Below the pieces are notes generated by a model. It did not search any database. It saw only the letters and a program-made list of their open reading frames with translations, and had not been told where the DNA came from. Shown in pieces: positions 10,761-20,350 of a stretch of 63,466 bases of DNA. Every line of letters begins with the position of its first letter. The first letter of the stretch is position 1. Source of the DNA: a virus (Duplodnaviria; Caudoviricetes); the IMG/VR virus record IMGVR_UViG_3300030060_007512, positions 1 to 63,466 of that record. One strand, given 5' to 3'. A program made the position numbers and the translations under genes.

Positions 10761-11828
10761 ATGGCATATACAATTTTTAATACTGACGATGTAATATTAG
10801 GTAATGTTGTTAACGGGGTAACATCAACTCTTTTTACAGGCAATGTATCCAGTTTAACTGCATTTCATACATCTTCAACTCAAACCGCATCAGTAAGTGG
10901 ACCTTATCAGTTTGAGCTTTATAATGCTAATCCTGCTTCTGATACTAGCGCTGAAGTACAAATGAGTATTGCTTATGGTATGTTCAGAGGATCAGGCTCA
11001 GTAAGACAAACAGGTGCTAGTATTGGTAATTCACCTACTAAAGCAGTTTTTTCTCAATTTAGAAATTTACTTTTAGATGATCCTACAGATGGAACAGCAT
11101 TTACTGATACTGATGGTTCAGGTCATGGTAGAATGTTTTTTATGACTATGAATCGTGCTAGATTTAAGCAAGGTGTAAATGCAGGTAACTGGGAGTTACA
11201 TTTATCTGCTTCTGCTGGACATTATACAACAAGTGTTGTAAAATTAATTGATGATTCATCTGTTTCTGACGGTGATACTGTTAACGGACATTTAGTTTAT
11301 AATATTGTTAGTGGTTCTGAAACAGATGGATGCTATAGTGATGGATCTGGTGATAAACATTACTGGGGTAAATTTTATCCTGAACTAGGAGTATTTGCAT
11401 TTTCAGGTAATAAATTTAGAAAAGGTAATACACTTGGACCACAATCATCACCAGGATTAGGAATGACAATTTCTGACAGCGCAAATACTAATGATAGAAT
11501 GAATAGAAAGTTTTATGATATGATTAATAGAGGTAAATACTTTTCTATTAGAGCTGAAGAAGATGTATCATCAACACACTATTTTGTAAGAGTAAAAAAC
11601 TCTCAATATAATTATTCTACTAATCACACTTATCAAAGAACAGGTTCGAGTGGTCAGATAAATGGTCAACTACTACATAATTCATTTATACAAAATCCAC
11701 AAACCTTTATAACTACAGTTGGATTGTATAATGATTTTAACGAATTATTAGCTGTTGCAAAACTCAGTAAACCATTACTTAAAAACTTTGAGAGGGAAAC
11801 TACGATAAGAATTAAGCTTGATCATTAA
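10761..11828 (+). CDS. Baseplate/tail-collar structural protein
   Basis: C-terminal ITTVGLYNDFNELLAVAKLSKP; AGGAG SD. Confidence 0.55.
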   Translation: MAYTIFNTDDVILGNVVNGVTSTLFTGNVSSLTAFHTSSTQTASVSGPYQFELYNANPASDTSAEVQMSIAYGMFRGSGSVRQTGASIGNSPTKAVFSQFRNLLLDDPTDGTAFTDTDGSGHGRMFFMTMNRARFKQGVNAGNWELHLSASAGHYTTSVVKLIDDSSVSDGDTVNGHLVYNIVSGSETDGCYSDGSGDKHYWGKFYPELGVFAFSGNKFRKGNTLGPQSSPGLGMTISDSANTNDRMNRKFYDMINRGKYFSIRAEEDVSSTHYFVRVKNSQYNYSTNHTYQRTGSSGQINGQLLHNSFIQNPQTFITTVGLYNDFNELLAVAKLSKPLLKNFERETTIRIKLDH

Positions 11829-11839
11829 GGGGGTGTATA

Positions 11840-13648
11840 ATGTCTATATACAAAGAGGTAAAAACTACACCACTTAATAAAAAGCACGTAGCTCACAAAT
11901 CATGGACTATAACTGATGAAACAGCCGCTAACCATGGCATTATAAGTTTTAGTGGCCAATACTCTGATGGTGACTTTAGTATTAGTGACCCTAATGAAAG
12001 TAATATAGCAAACGAACCCAAAACTAGTGGAGATTACTTTAAGCGAAATATATGGAACTCTGTATATCATTTATACTATTGTGATGTAGAGAATGCATAT
12101 AAATCTAATGACAGTGAATACCTTTCACAACAGATTAGAGATATAAATCAAAAAGTTACTATAGTATCTATACCTTCTGGAATATTTGGAGATAGAATAA
12201 AAGAAGGCTCTGTTACTATGAGCGGTGGGCAGAAAGGTATTTTACGGGATGATGGTACAGGTAATTTAATAGATCATAATTTTAACGGTATAGCAGACTT
12301 CAAAGCCATAGATAGGGATGATTATATAATTAAAGTTGATTTTAATGATGGCTGGAAGTTAATAAAAGGAAATCCACTTGTAGGTACTCCAACTTTTAGA
12401 ACAGCTAACGAACATTTAGCAGATATATCAAGTGGGCCGTTTGAGCCGCATGGTGAAAATATAACATTTAATATTCATAGTACCGGTTATGATAGTAACA
12501 AAGATTATGGAATAAAAGACACTACTTACGTTGACTTTCACGGCGAACAAACTATTAATTCAGGGTCTAACAGTTTTGTTGAAATAAAAAATACACAAAC
12601 ATTAGCTAATAATGCTAGGTGGAATTCTGATTTTGCTGTTTCGTTTTGGGTAAAGGCAGGCGTATCACAATCTGTTACTTCTAGTTTTACAGGTGGGTAT
12701 CCTGTAGGAGCAGGCTCTTTACCTCCAATAGGTACTTATCAATATCGTACACTTAAAGATCATGATCATAATGTTATTGTTACTTCACGTCAATGGTCAA
12801 ATACAGTACCATGGGAAATAAATATTTATAACAGTACAACTGCTAGAAAAGGTAAATTAAGATTCTTAAGAGGTAAAACAGAAAATTTTACTGAAATTAC
12901 TTCTTCTGCAATAAATGATGATACATGGCATCATGTAGTTGCACAAATAGCTACCGGCTCTATGCAACTTTGGGTTGATGGTACACTTCAAACTTCAAAA
13001 GCTGATCCTATGGCAGATGAAATAGTTGCTGACAATACTACTAATATACATATTGGTGCCAGAAGGTGGGGATTCAAATCTAGAACATACTTCGGTGAAG
13101 TTGAAAATAAAAAAGTTGTTAATGGTCAATTGCAAACAGTATTTCAAAATGTTTTTAACAATAAAGCTAAAAATTATATATACCCATTCAAAGGTAGTAT
13201 GGATAAATTTAAGCTTATGAGAAGAGCTCTTACAACTCCTGAGATTACATCATTGAATACTTATTATAGAGATACTAATATTGTTGGTAATGTTTTTTAT
13301 AATCATGGTATGTTAACGATAACTGATGTTACAGGATCTTATAATGAATTACTAAATGATTACATATTAAATTTTCAAGGAACAACTGAACACACTATTC
13401 ATAATTATCAATGTGTAGTTGAAGATGAACAATTTAACATAACATATAATCCATCTGCAAGAGTTAATTATGATCTAAACAATGAAAGATTAAGAGGGTT
13501 TGCAACATCATCTGAGTTTACACCTTATATTACTACTATTGGATTATATAATGACTTTAATGAGTTACTAGCAGTTGCAAAACTAGCTAACCCGGTTAAA
13601 AGTCCATCTGATTTAGACATAGTTTTTAACGTTCAGTTTGATACATAA
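11840..13648 (+). CDS. Structural protein with LamG/concanavalin domain, paralog of the upstream gene
   Basis: FAVSFWVK, DDTWHHVV...LWVDG, FKGSMD LamG motifs; C-terminal ITTIGLYNDFNELLAVAKLANP. Confidence 0.65.
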   Translation: MSIYKEVKTTPLNKKHVAHKSWTITDETAANHGIISFSGQYSDGDFSISDPNESNIANEPKTSGDYFKRNIWNSVYHLYYCDVENAYKSNDSEYLSQQIRDINQKVTIVSIPSGIFGDRIKEGSVTMSGGQKGILRDDGTGNLIDHNFNGIADFKAIDRDDYIIKVDFNDGWKLIKGNPLVGTPTFRTANEHLADISSGPFEPHGENITFNIHSTGYDSNKDYGIKDTTYVDFHGEQTINSGSNSFVEIKNTQTLANNARWNSDFAVSFWVKAGVSQSVTSSFTGGYPVGAGSLPPIGTYQYRTLKDHDHNVIVTSRQWSNTVPWEINIYNSTTARKGKLRFLRGKTENFTEITSSAINDDTWHHVVAQIATGSMQLWVDGTLQTSKADPMADEIVADNTTNIHIGARRWGFKSRTYFGEVENKKVVNGQLQTVFQNVFNNKAKNYIYPFKGSMDKFKLMRRALTTPEITSLNTYYRDTNIVGNVFYNHGMLTITDVTGSYNELLNDYILNFQGTTEHTIHNYQCVVEDEQFNITYNPSARVNYDLNNERLRGFATSSEFTPYITTIGLYNDFNELLAVAKLANPVKSPSDLDIVFNVQFDT

Positions 13649-13649
13649 T

Positions 13650-14090
13650 ATGAGTCATTGGTTATATAAAAATAAAACATTAGATGAAGCCCCTGAAGGG
13701 TATTTTGGTTTTGTGTATTTAATTACAAATCTAAAATCAGGCAGAAAGTATATTGGAAGAAAATATTTCGGCACAACTCGACGTGTAAAAGTGGCTGGTA
13801 AAAAAAGACGTAAAGTAATTAGAAAAGATTCTAATTGGAAAGAATATACTGGATCATCTAAAGAATTAAATCAAGATATAAAAACGTTAGGAATGTTGCA
13901 ATTTCGATTTGAAATTCTTATATTAGGTAGAACTAAAGGTCAAGTTAATTATTTAGAAGAAAATATACATCATAGATTTCATGTATCTTCTAGTTACGAG
14001 TTTTATAATGATTGTATAGGTCCACGAAGATTTGCTAATGTAAAGCTAGAAGAAGGCGTACATGATATTATTAAAAATATTGTTGTTTAA
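13650..14090 (+). CDS. GIY-YIG (Seg-like) endonuclease
   Basis: GFVYLITNLKSGRKYIGRK, YTGSS, F.FEIL, FYN motifs; ATG at 13650 directly after the upstream stop. Confidence 0.8.
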   Translation: MSHWLYKNKTLDEAPEGYFGFVYLITNLKSGRKYIGRKYFGTTRRVKVAGKKRRKVIRKDSNWKEYTGSSKELNQDIKTLGMLQFRFEILILGRTKGQVNYLEENIHHRFHVSSSYEFYNDCIGPRRFANVKLEEGVHDIIKNIVV

Positions 14091-14113
14091 TTAAATTATT
14101 TTTCTTATATTTA
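14082..14113 (+). promoter_or_regulatory. Putative host-sigma (Bacteroidota-type -33/-7) promoter
   Basis: GTTG at 14082-14085, 20-nt spacer ending TTTTCT, TATATTTA at 14106; same layout at 42080 and 61653. Confidence 0.6.
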
Positions 14114-14117
14114 TACT

Positions 14118-15029
14118 GTGAGTTTATTGAGTTTACTAGAATCGGTTATAGGTAGGTCTAAAAAGACCTCAGGCAATAATGTTTCATTCAAATGTCCTTT
14201 ATGCAATCATTACAAGCATAAATTAGAGGTAGATTTGAATACACAATATTGGCACTGTTGGGTATGCAATTCTAAGGGAAGAAAATTATATAATCTTTTC
14301 AAAAAAATAGGTGCTACTGTAACGCAAATAAAAGACTTAAATAAATTTGTTGATTCTTATATTCCAGTAAAAGAAGAAAGAGAAGAACATGTATCATTAC
14401 CTCCTGAGTTTAAGCTTATATTAAATGGTAACAAAAATAATCCTGAGTTTAGAAATGCTGTTATGTACTTAAAAAATCGTGGTATTACTAAACATGATAT
14501 AGTAAGATATGGTATTGGTTATTGCGAAACAGGTCAATATGAAAAAATGATTATTATTCCTAGTTATGATAGAGATGGTAAATTAAATTTCTTTACAGGT
14601 AGAAGTTATTATAAAGATGCATCTTTTAAGCATAAGAATCCTAAAGTATCTAAAGATATAATAGGATTTGATTTACTTATAAACTGGAATCAACCTATCA
14701 CTATTGTAGAAGGTGCTTTCGATGCTATAGCTGTAAAACGTAACGCTATTCCGCTATTTGGTAAAATAATATTAAATAAGCTCAAGAAAGAAATAATTGA
14801 AAAGAAAGTAAAAGATATTTATATAGCTTTAGATTCTGATGCTAGAGACAAAGCGCTAGATATATGTCAATATTTTATAGAAAACGGCATTAAAGTTTAT
14901 TTAATCGAATTAGGTGATAAAGATCCTTCTGAAATCGGTTATAAGAATGTAACAACATTAAAGAGTGTAACTACAAATATTACAGGTAGTGGACTTATGA
15001 TGCAAAAATTAGGGAGCATGTTTGGATGA
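14118..15029 (+). CDS. DNA primase (zinc finger plus TOPRIM)
   Basis: CPLC...HCWVC zinc finger, YLKNRGI, IIIP, VEGAFD, ALDSD, KDPSE; GTG start. Confidence 0.9.
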   Translation: MSLLSLLESVIGRSKKTSGNNVSFKCPLCNHYKHKLEVDLNTQYWHCWVCNSKGRKLYNLFKKIGATVTQIKDLNKFVDSYIPVKEEREEHVSLPPEFKLILNGNKNNPEFRNAVMYLKNRGITKHDIVRYGIGYCETGQYEKMIIIPSYDRDGKLNFFTGRSYYKDASFKHKNPKVSKDIIGFDLLINWNQPITIVEGAFDAIAVKRNAIPLFGKIILNKLKKEIIEKKVKDIYIALDSDARDKALDICQYFIENGIKVYLIELGDKDPSEIGYKNVTTLKSVTTNITGSGLMMQKLGSMFG

Positions 15030-18000
15030 TTCAAAATATAAAACTTAACTTCGATAAAGTAGAAAAAATACTACACGTTGCTGATATACATATTCGTAAT
15101 TATCAACGACATAAAGAATATAGAGAGGTATTTAAGCAACTTTATTCTGCATGTAAAGATTTACCTGAAAATAGTTTAATATATGTAGCTGGGGATATAG
15201 TTCACAATAAGACTGATATATCACCAGAGTTAATTGATATTACTTCTGAATTCTTAAATACTTTAGCTAATATTAGACCAACTATTATTATTACTGGTAA
15301 CCACGATACTAACTTGAATAATACTAGCAGGTTAGATGCATTAACTCCTATTGTAAATAATCTAAACAATAAAAATTTATATTATCTAAAAGACTCAGGC
15401 GTTTACAAATTTGGTAATATTCACTTTACAGTATTTAGTATATTTGACCACCCTTCTACATATATAAAAGCAGAAAGTTTTAATGCAGAAACAAAAATAG
15501 CTTTATTCCATGGACCTGTCAAGTCTTCAAAAACTGATATAGGCTATGAAGTAACAGGCGATGAATATACAGCTGATTTATTTAACGGCTACGATATATC
15601 CCTATTAGGTGATATACATAAACGTCAATATGTTGATAAAGATAAAAAGATATGTTATCCAGGCTCTCTTATACAACAAAATTTTGGTGAAGCTTTTAAG
15701 CATCATGGGTATGCTATATGGGATGTAAAAACTCGTAAACCTAAGTTTACTGATATATCAAATAATTATGGTTTTTATACTATAGATATCAAAGATGGTA
15801 AAATGCCTGTAATTAATGACATACCAAAATATCCTAGATTAAGATTACGTACTAAAAATACAACTGAAGCTGAAGTTAAAACTATACTTAAGCAGATTAA
15901 AAAGAAATGTAGAGCTAATGATGTAGTAATTATAAAGCAAGATAAAATTAAAGGTCAAGCAAGTACTTCTAGATCATTAACTAGAGATGTTAGAGATATA
16001 AACTATCAAAATAAACTCTTACAAGAATATATAGAAAAAAATCATGATATTGATTCTATTATGATGAGACAAATTCGTAGTATAAATAAATCATTGAATG
16101 AACTTATACCTAATGAAGAAATATCTCGTTCTGTTACCTGGAAACTAAAAAAGTTTGAATTCTCTAATATGTTTAGTTACGGCGAAAATAATGTAGTTAA
16201 TTTTGAGCGCGCTAAAGATGTTGTAGGGATATTTGCTCCTAATCACGCTGGTAAATCTGCTATTCTAGATTCAGTATCTTTTTGTATATTTGATAGGTGT
16301 AGTAGAGGTAAGCTAGCTACTGATATAATGAATAATAAAAAGAATAATTTTTATTGTAAATTAAATTTTGAAATAGACGGCACAGATTATTTTATCGAAC
16401 GAAAAGCAAAGCGGATACTAAAAGGTTGGATGAAAGGTAAAGTTAGAGTTGATGTTGACTTTTGGTATGTAGATGAAGAAGGAAATAATATATCTCTAAA
16501 TGGAGAACAAAGGCGTGAAACCGATAAAAATATACAAGGCTACCTAGGCCAGTATGAGGATTTTATTTTAACTGCTCTGTCAGTACAAAATAATAATACA
16601 GGTTTTATAGATATGTCTCAGCATGAGAAAAAAGATCTTTTATCTCAATTTTTAGATATTACCGTGTTTGATTCTTTATATAAATTAGCTAACGAAGAGA
16701 TACGAGACGTACAAGCATTATTAAAAGATTTTGGTAGTACAGATTATTCACAGCAATTAGTTGATGCTGAAGAAAAATTAGAAAAAGATCAAAAACGTCA
16801 CGGTGAATATGAAGGACATAAAGCTACTTTAGAAAAAGAAATAAAATCTATACAAAAGCAGGTATTAGCTAAGACTAAAACTTTACATAAACGAGTACCG
16901 CTTGATGATATCGATAATTTAGAGTTAGAGCTAATAGGATTAAATAATAATATTGAGACTATTAATACCAGATTAGAGTCAGATGAAAAAATAGCTGAAG
17001 GTAACAAGCTTAAGATTAAAAAAGCTAATGAAGTTTTATTAAATTATGATATAGATAAAGTAAATGCAAACTATAATAAATATAATGAAACCTTAACAAA
17101 GGTTACACAATTAGAGCAGGTACGTGATCGTTTAAGATTAGAAGTTAAACATAAACTTGAAAAATTAGAAAATAAAAGTGAGTTTGATCCTAATTGTGAG
17201 TTTTGTAAAAAAAGAGAAAGTAAATATATCGAAATGTCTAAAACTGTTAAGTTAGATTTAGAACAAGATAAAATTAAAGCTAAACAAACTTTAGAAGAGC
17301 TCTCTATACATAATTTATTTATTGAAAATAATGCTACTGTTATAGATGATTATAATAAAATAGATAAATTAAATTCGTTACTTATACAAATCGAACGAGA
17401 AAGAAATACGGGCAGGATAGCTTATTATAAAGCTAAAGAAAAACGAGATGGATTTCAAAATAGAGTAAACGAAATAAATAAAAAGATTAAAAAATATCAT
17501 ACTAACATTAAAGCTATAGAAGAAAACAAAACTATTAATCTTGAAATTAGTGAACTTAATAATACAGAAAGCGATTTACAAATTGAGCTAAATAGTGTCT
17601 CATCTAAATGTCAATTGTGCTATAGTGATATAAAAGTTTTGAAATCTCAAATTAAAAATATTAATACACAAATTAAAAAAGCTCATACTCTTGAAACTAA
17701 ATTAAAAGCATATGAATATTATTTAGATGCTATCCAGCGTGATGGTATACCTTATGAAATTATTTCTGATACACTCCCTTATATCGAAGAAGAGATAAAT
17801 AATATATTATCTCAAATAGTTGATTTTAAGTTAGAGTTCGATGTAGATGGTAAAAATATTTTAACGTATATAAAATATGGTGAAGATAATAAATGGCCTC
17901 TTGAAATGACATCAGGTATGGAAAAATTTATATCCTCCTTGGCTGTAAGAGTTGCATTAATTAATATATCAAGTCTTCCTAGACCTACATTTTTAGCTAT

Positions 18001-18181
18001 TGATGAAGGATTTGGTAATCTTGATACTAACAATATTAATTCTATAGCTATGCTTTTTGATTATCTAAAACTTCAATTCGATTTTATACTAATTATATCA
18101 CATATTGATATAATGAGAGATATGGTTGATGGTACTGTTGAAATAAGCAGAAAGAATGATTTAAGTAACGTTATTTACTAA
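15026..18181 (+). CDS. Fused SbcD/Mre11 nuclease and SbcC/Rad50 ATPase (T4 gp47+gp46-like)
   Basis: ADIH, GD, GNHD, LGDIH, YPGS metallophosphoesterase; NHAGKS Walker A; coiled coil with CEFC hook; SGMEK signature; IDEGFGNLD Walker B; ISH. Confidence 0.92.
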   Translation: MIQNIKLNFDKVEKILHVADIHIRNYQRHKEYREVFKQLYSACKDLPENSLIYVAGDIVHNKTDISPELIDITSEFLNTLANIRPTIIITGNHDTNLNNTSRLDALTPIVNNLNNKNLYYLKDSGVYKFGNIHFTVFSIFDHPSTYIKAESFNAETKIALFHGPVKSSKTDIGYEVTGDEYTADLFNGYDISLLGDIHKRQYVDKDKKICYPGSLIQQNFGEAFKHHGYAIWDVKTRKPKFTDISNNYGFYTIDIKDGKMPVINDIPKYPRLRLRTKNTTEAEVKTILKQIKKKCRANDVVIIKQDKIKGQASTSRSLTRDVRDINYQNKLLQEYIEKNHDIDSIMMRQIRSINKSLNELIPNEEISRSVTWKLKKFEFSNMFSYGENNVVNFERAKDVVGIFAPNHAGKSAILDSVSFCIFDRCSRGKLATDIMNNKKNNFYCKLNFEIDGTDYFIERKAKRILKGWMKGKVRVDVDFWYVDEEGNNISLNGEQRRETDKNIQGYLGQYEDFILTALSVQNNNTGFIDMSQHEKKDLLSQFLDITVFDSLYKLANEEIRDVQALLKDFGSTDYSQQLVDAEEKLEKDQKRHGEYEGHKATLEKEIKSIQKQVLAKTKTLHKRVPLDDIDNLELELIGLNNNIETINTRLESDEKIAEGNKLKIKKANEVLLNYDIDKVNANYNKYNETLTKVTQLEQVRDRLRLEVKHKLEKLENKSEFDPNCEFCKKRESKYIEMSKTVKLDLEQDKIKAKQTLEELSIHNLFIENNATVIDDYNKIDKLNSLLIQIERERNTGRIAYYKAKEKRDGFQNRVNEINKKIKKYHTNIKAIEENKTINLEISELNNTESDLQIELNSVSSKCQLCYSDIKVLKSQIKNINTQIKKAHTLETKLKAYEYYLDAIQRDGIPYEIISDTLPYIEEEINNILSQIVDFKLEFDVDGKNILTYIKYGEDNKWPLEMTSGMEKFISSLAVRVALINISSLPRPTFLAIDEGFGNLDTNNINSIAMLFDYLKLQFDFILIISHIDIMRDMVDGTVEISRKNDLSNVIY

Positions 18182-18238
18182 TTATTTGATATTTATATAC
18201 GATACCTGCGTAAAGTAGGTAGATATACGGAGATAATA

Positions 18239-20341
18239 ATGATACAAAGACGAGTTGGTATACTTAAACCTGAGTTCAACGAAACGGTACTTATAAATCA
18301 AACCTCATTTGATTCAGAGTACTTTCGTCTTGATAGTATGCCTGAATCTCTCACAGCTGGTAAGAACATATTTAAGATATTTGGTAACAATCAATTACTA
18401 GCTAGTAAATCACAGATTTTAATCCAAGTAACAGATGTAAATGGAGCTGCCGTATATCACCATGTAAATAATTATGTTGATCCAGGAGGTAGAATAGTAG
18501 TAGGGATATGGATATATCCTGAAACACCGCCTGGACTAGGTAGAATTGAAATTTTAGGTGTTGCTACTCAAAGACCAGACGGTAGAAGTATACCCCAATC
18601 TTTTAGAAATCGTTATAATGTAAAGTGGTCTAAAGAACTTATTATACAACCTGACGCAATTAACGATACACCTATTATTTTCCAAAAAGTACCAGGTGTT
18701 AAAATTTTTGAAAATGAAAGAGAGTATCTTACTCAAACTTATCTTGCTGGTTCATCAATAGCAAGTCAATCAGTTGGTCAACTTTCTTATACTTATAGTG
18801 GATTTGGTGATGCAACTATAACTATGGGAAATGCTGACCCTCACGGGCTAAGGTTTTCAGCATCTATGGCGGGTGGACTGTTAACTATTGAAGAACCTAA
18901 TTTTACTCTACCTTCTAACTATTCTTTACAGCCAGGTACTATGGATAATGAGACAGGAAATTTACCTGCTTATACATCTTATATTTCTCAAGTAATAAAT
19001 TATAACACTATAAAAGTAGATCCATATGTTTTACCAGTTCAATCTGAAACTAGTGTATCTCCGTTACCAGGTAGTGGACGAAGTGTACCTGTAACTTCAA
19101 CAGTTAATTCAGCATACCCTGTGACTAGTTTCGGTCTAAGTAATTATTCTATTGAATGGCAACAAGACGCTATACTTGCAACCGGATCACTTAACTCACA
19201 ATCATTCGCAAGTATAACTATGAAAAATATTGATCCAATAGCTGGTTCAGTACATAAAATAAAAACTTATATGAAGAGTGCAGGATTTGCTGATTTTGAT
19301 TTAGTAAGTACACAACTATTACAAGAACGAGATTTATTAATTAATGTTGATTCAGACCTTGCATTCGATAGAATAGGAGATTATAAAAGTCAAGAAATAA
19401 TAAATAATTTTTGGCACAGTGAATCTGTTAATCAATCCGGTCACCATCCTTATGCTTTACATGATGATAGTATTATGATATCATCGTTAAAAATTTCAGG
19501 GAGTGGTGAGTTATCAGGCTCGTCAAATTACCCAGCATTACCATTAGCTACCGATCCTTATGTAAAAGTTTATAGTAAACCTAATATTGATTTGTTTCAA
19601 AATAATGAATACCAAATAAAATTTAGAGTTGCTAATACTGCAGAAGGATATCGACCTCCACCTTTACCAACACCAGCTGGTGTTATTGGACAAATATCTT
19701 CATCATTAATGGATGTTTATATATCAGGAAGTAATATTCCTAATTCTGATACAAGGAATTTAGGTCATAAGCTAGTATCGCTTGAAACAGAAAACGCAGC
19801 ACCTCATTTAGTAAATAGTGTAACCAATTTTATCAATATATCAACGTTAGCTAATCAAACATCTACTCCTATTAGATTGCCTTTTACTTCACCACCAACT
19901 CTTACAAATGTTACATTGCCTGCAAACTTTGATGGTAATACAACATTAGAGGTAAATCCTAATGATATGCCATTTATGGACGAAAAACTTTTAGAGGTTG
20001 GCTTTACACCGGATTTTGATACTGATGCCCATATCGTTTTTGCAGTAACTAGAGGTAATTGGTATCTTTCAGATGTATCATTAGAAGGTGCTAGTGACTT
20101 TGGTTTTACTCCTAATCATACTTTTTTTGAAATACCTATACAAACTCCGCAAGCTGATGATATTCTTGATTTTAAGTTTGAATTTTATAATAGTAGAGAT
20201 CAAATAGCAAATATATCTTTGACTACACAATCACTTGATTTTGTCGGAAGTAATCTATTTATAAGTGGTAACGATAATATACTATCAGGTTCAGTTAATA
20301 TTGGCAACGGAATTATTATGCAAGGATTTAGAGCAGACTAG
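18239..20341 (+). CDS. Hypothetical virion structural protein
   Basis: 700 aa, beta/Ser-rich; preceded by the ATATTTATA motif and GGAG SD; heads the tail-fibre cluster. Confidence 0.55.
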   Translation: MIQRRVGILKPEFNETVLINQTSFDSEYFRLDSMPESLTAGKNIFKIFGNNQLLASKSQILIQVTDVNGAAVYHHVNNYVDPGGRIVVGIWIYPETPPGLGRIEILGVATQRPDGRSIPQSFRNRYNVKWSKELIIQPDAINDTPIIFQKVPGVKIFENEREYLTQTYLAGSSIASQSVGQLSYTYSGFGDATITMGNADPHGLRFSASMAGGLLTIEEPNFTLPSNYSLQPGTMDNETGNLPAYTSYISQVINYNTIKVDPYVLPVQSETSVSPLPGSGRSVPVTSTVNSAYPVTSFGLSNYSIEWQQDAILATGSLNSQSFASITMKNIDPIAGSVHKIKTYMKSAGFADFDLVSTQLLQERDLLINVDSDLAFDRIGDYKSQEIINNFWHSESVNQSGHHPYALHDDSIMISSLKISGSGELSGSSNYPALPLATDPYVKVYSKPNIDLFQNNEYQIKFRVANTAEGYRPPPLPTPAGVIGQISSSLMDVYISGSNIPNSDTRNLGHKLVSLETENAAPHLVNSVTNFINISTLANQTSTPIRLPFTSPPTLTNVTLPANFDGNTTLEVNPNDMPFMDEKLLEVGFTPDFDTDAHIVFAVTRGNWYLSDVSLEGASDFGFTPNHTFFEIPIQTPQADDILDFKFEFYNSRDQIANISLTTQSLDFVGSNLFISGNDNILSGSVNIGNGIIMQGFRAD

Positions 20342-20350
20342 GAGATAGAT

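Noticed and set aside
13650-14090. GIY-YIG gene as part of a group I intron
   Set aside because: Free-standing between two intact genes with no room for intron structure
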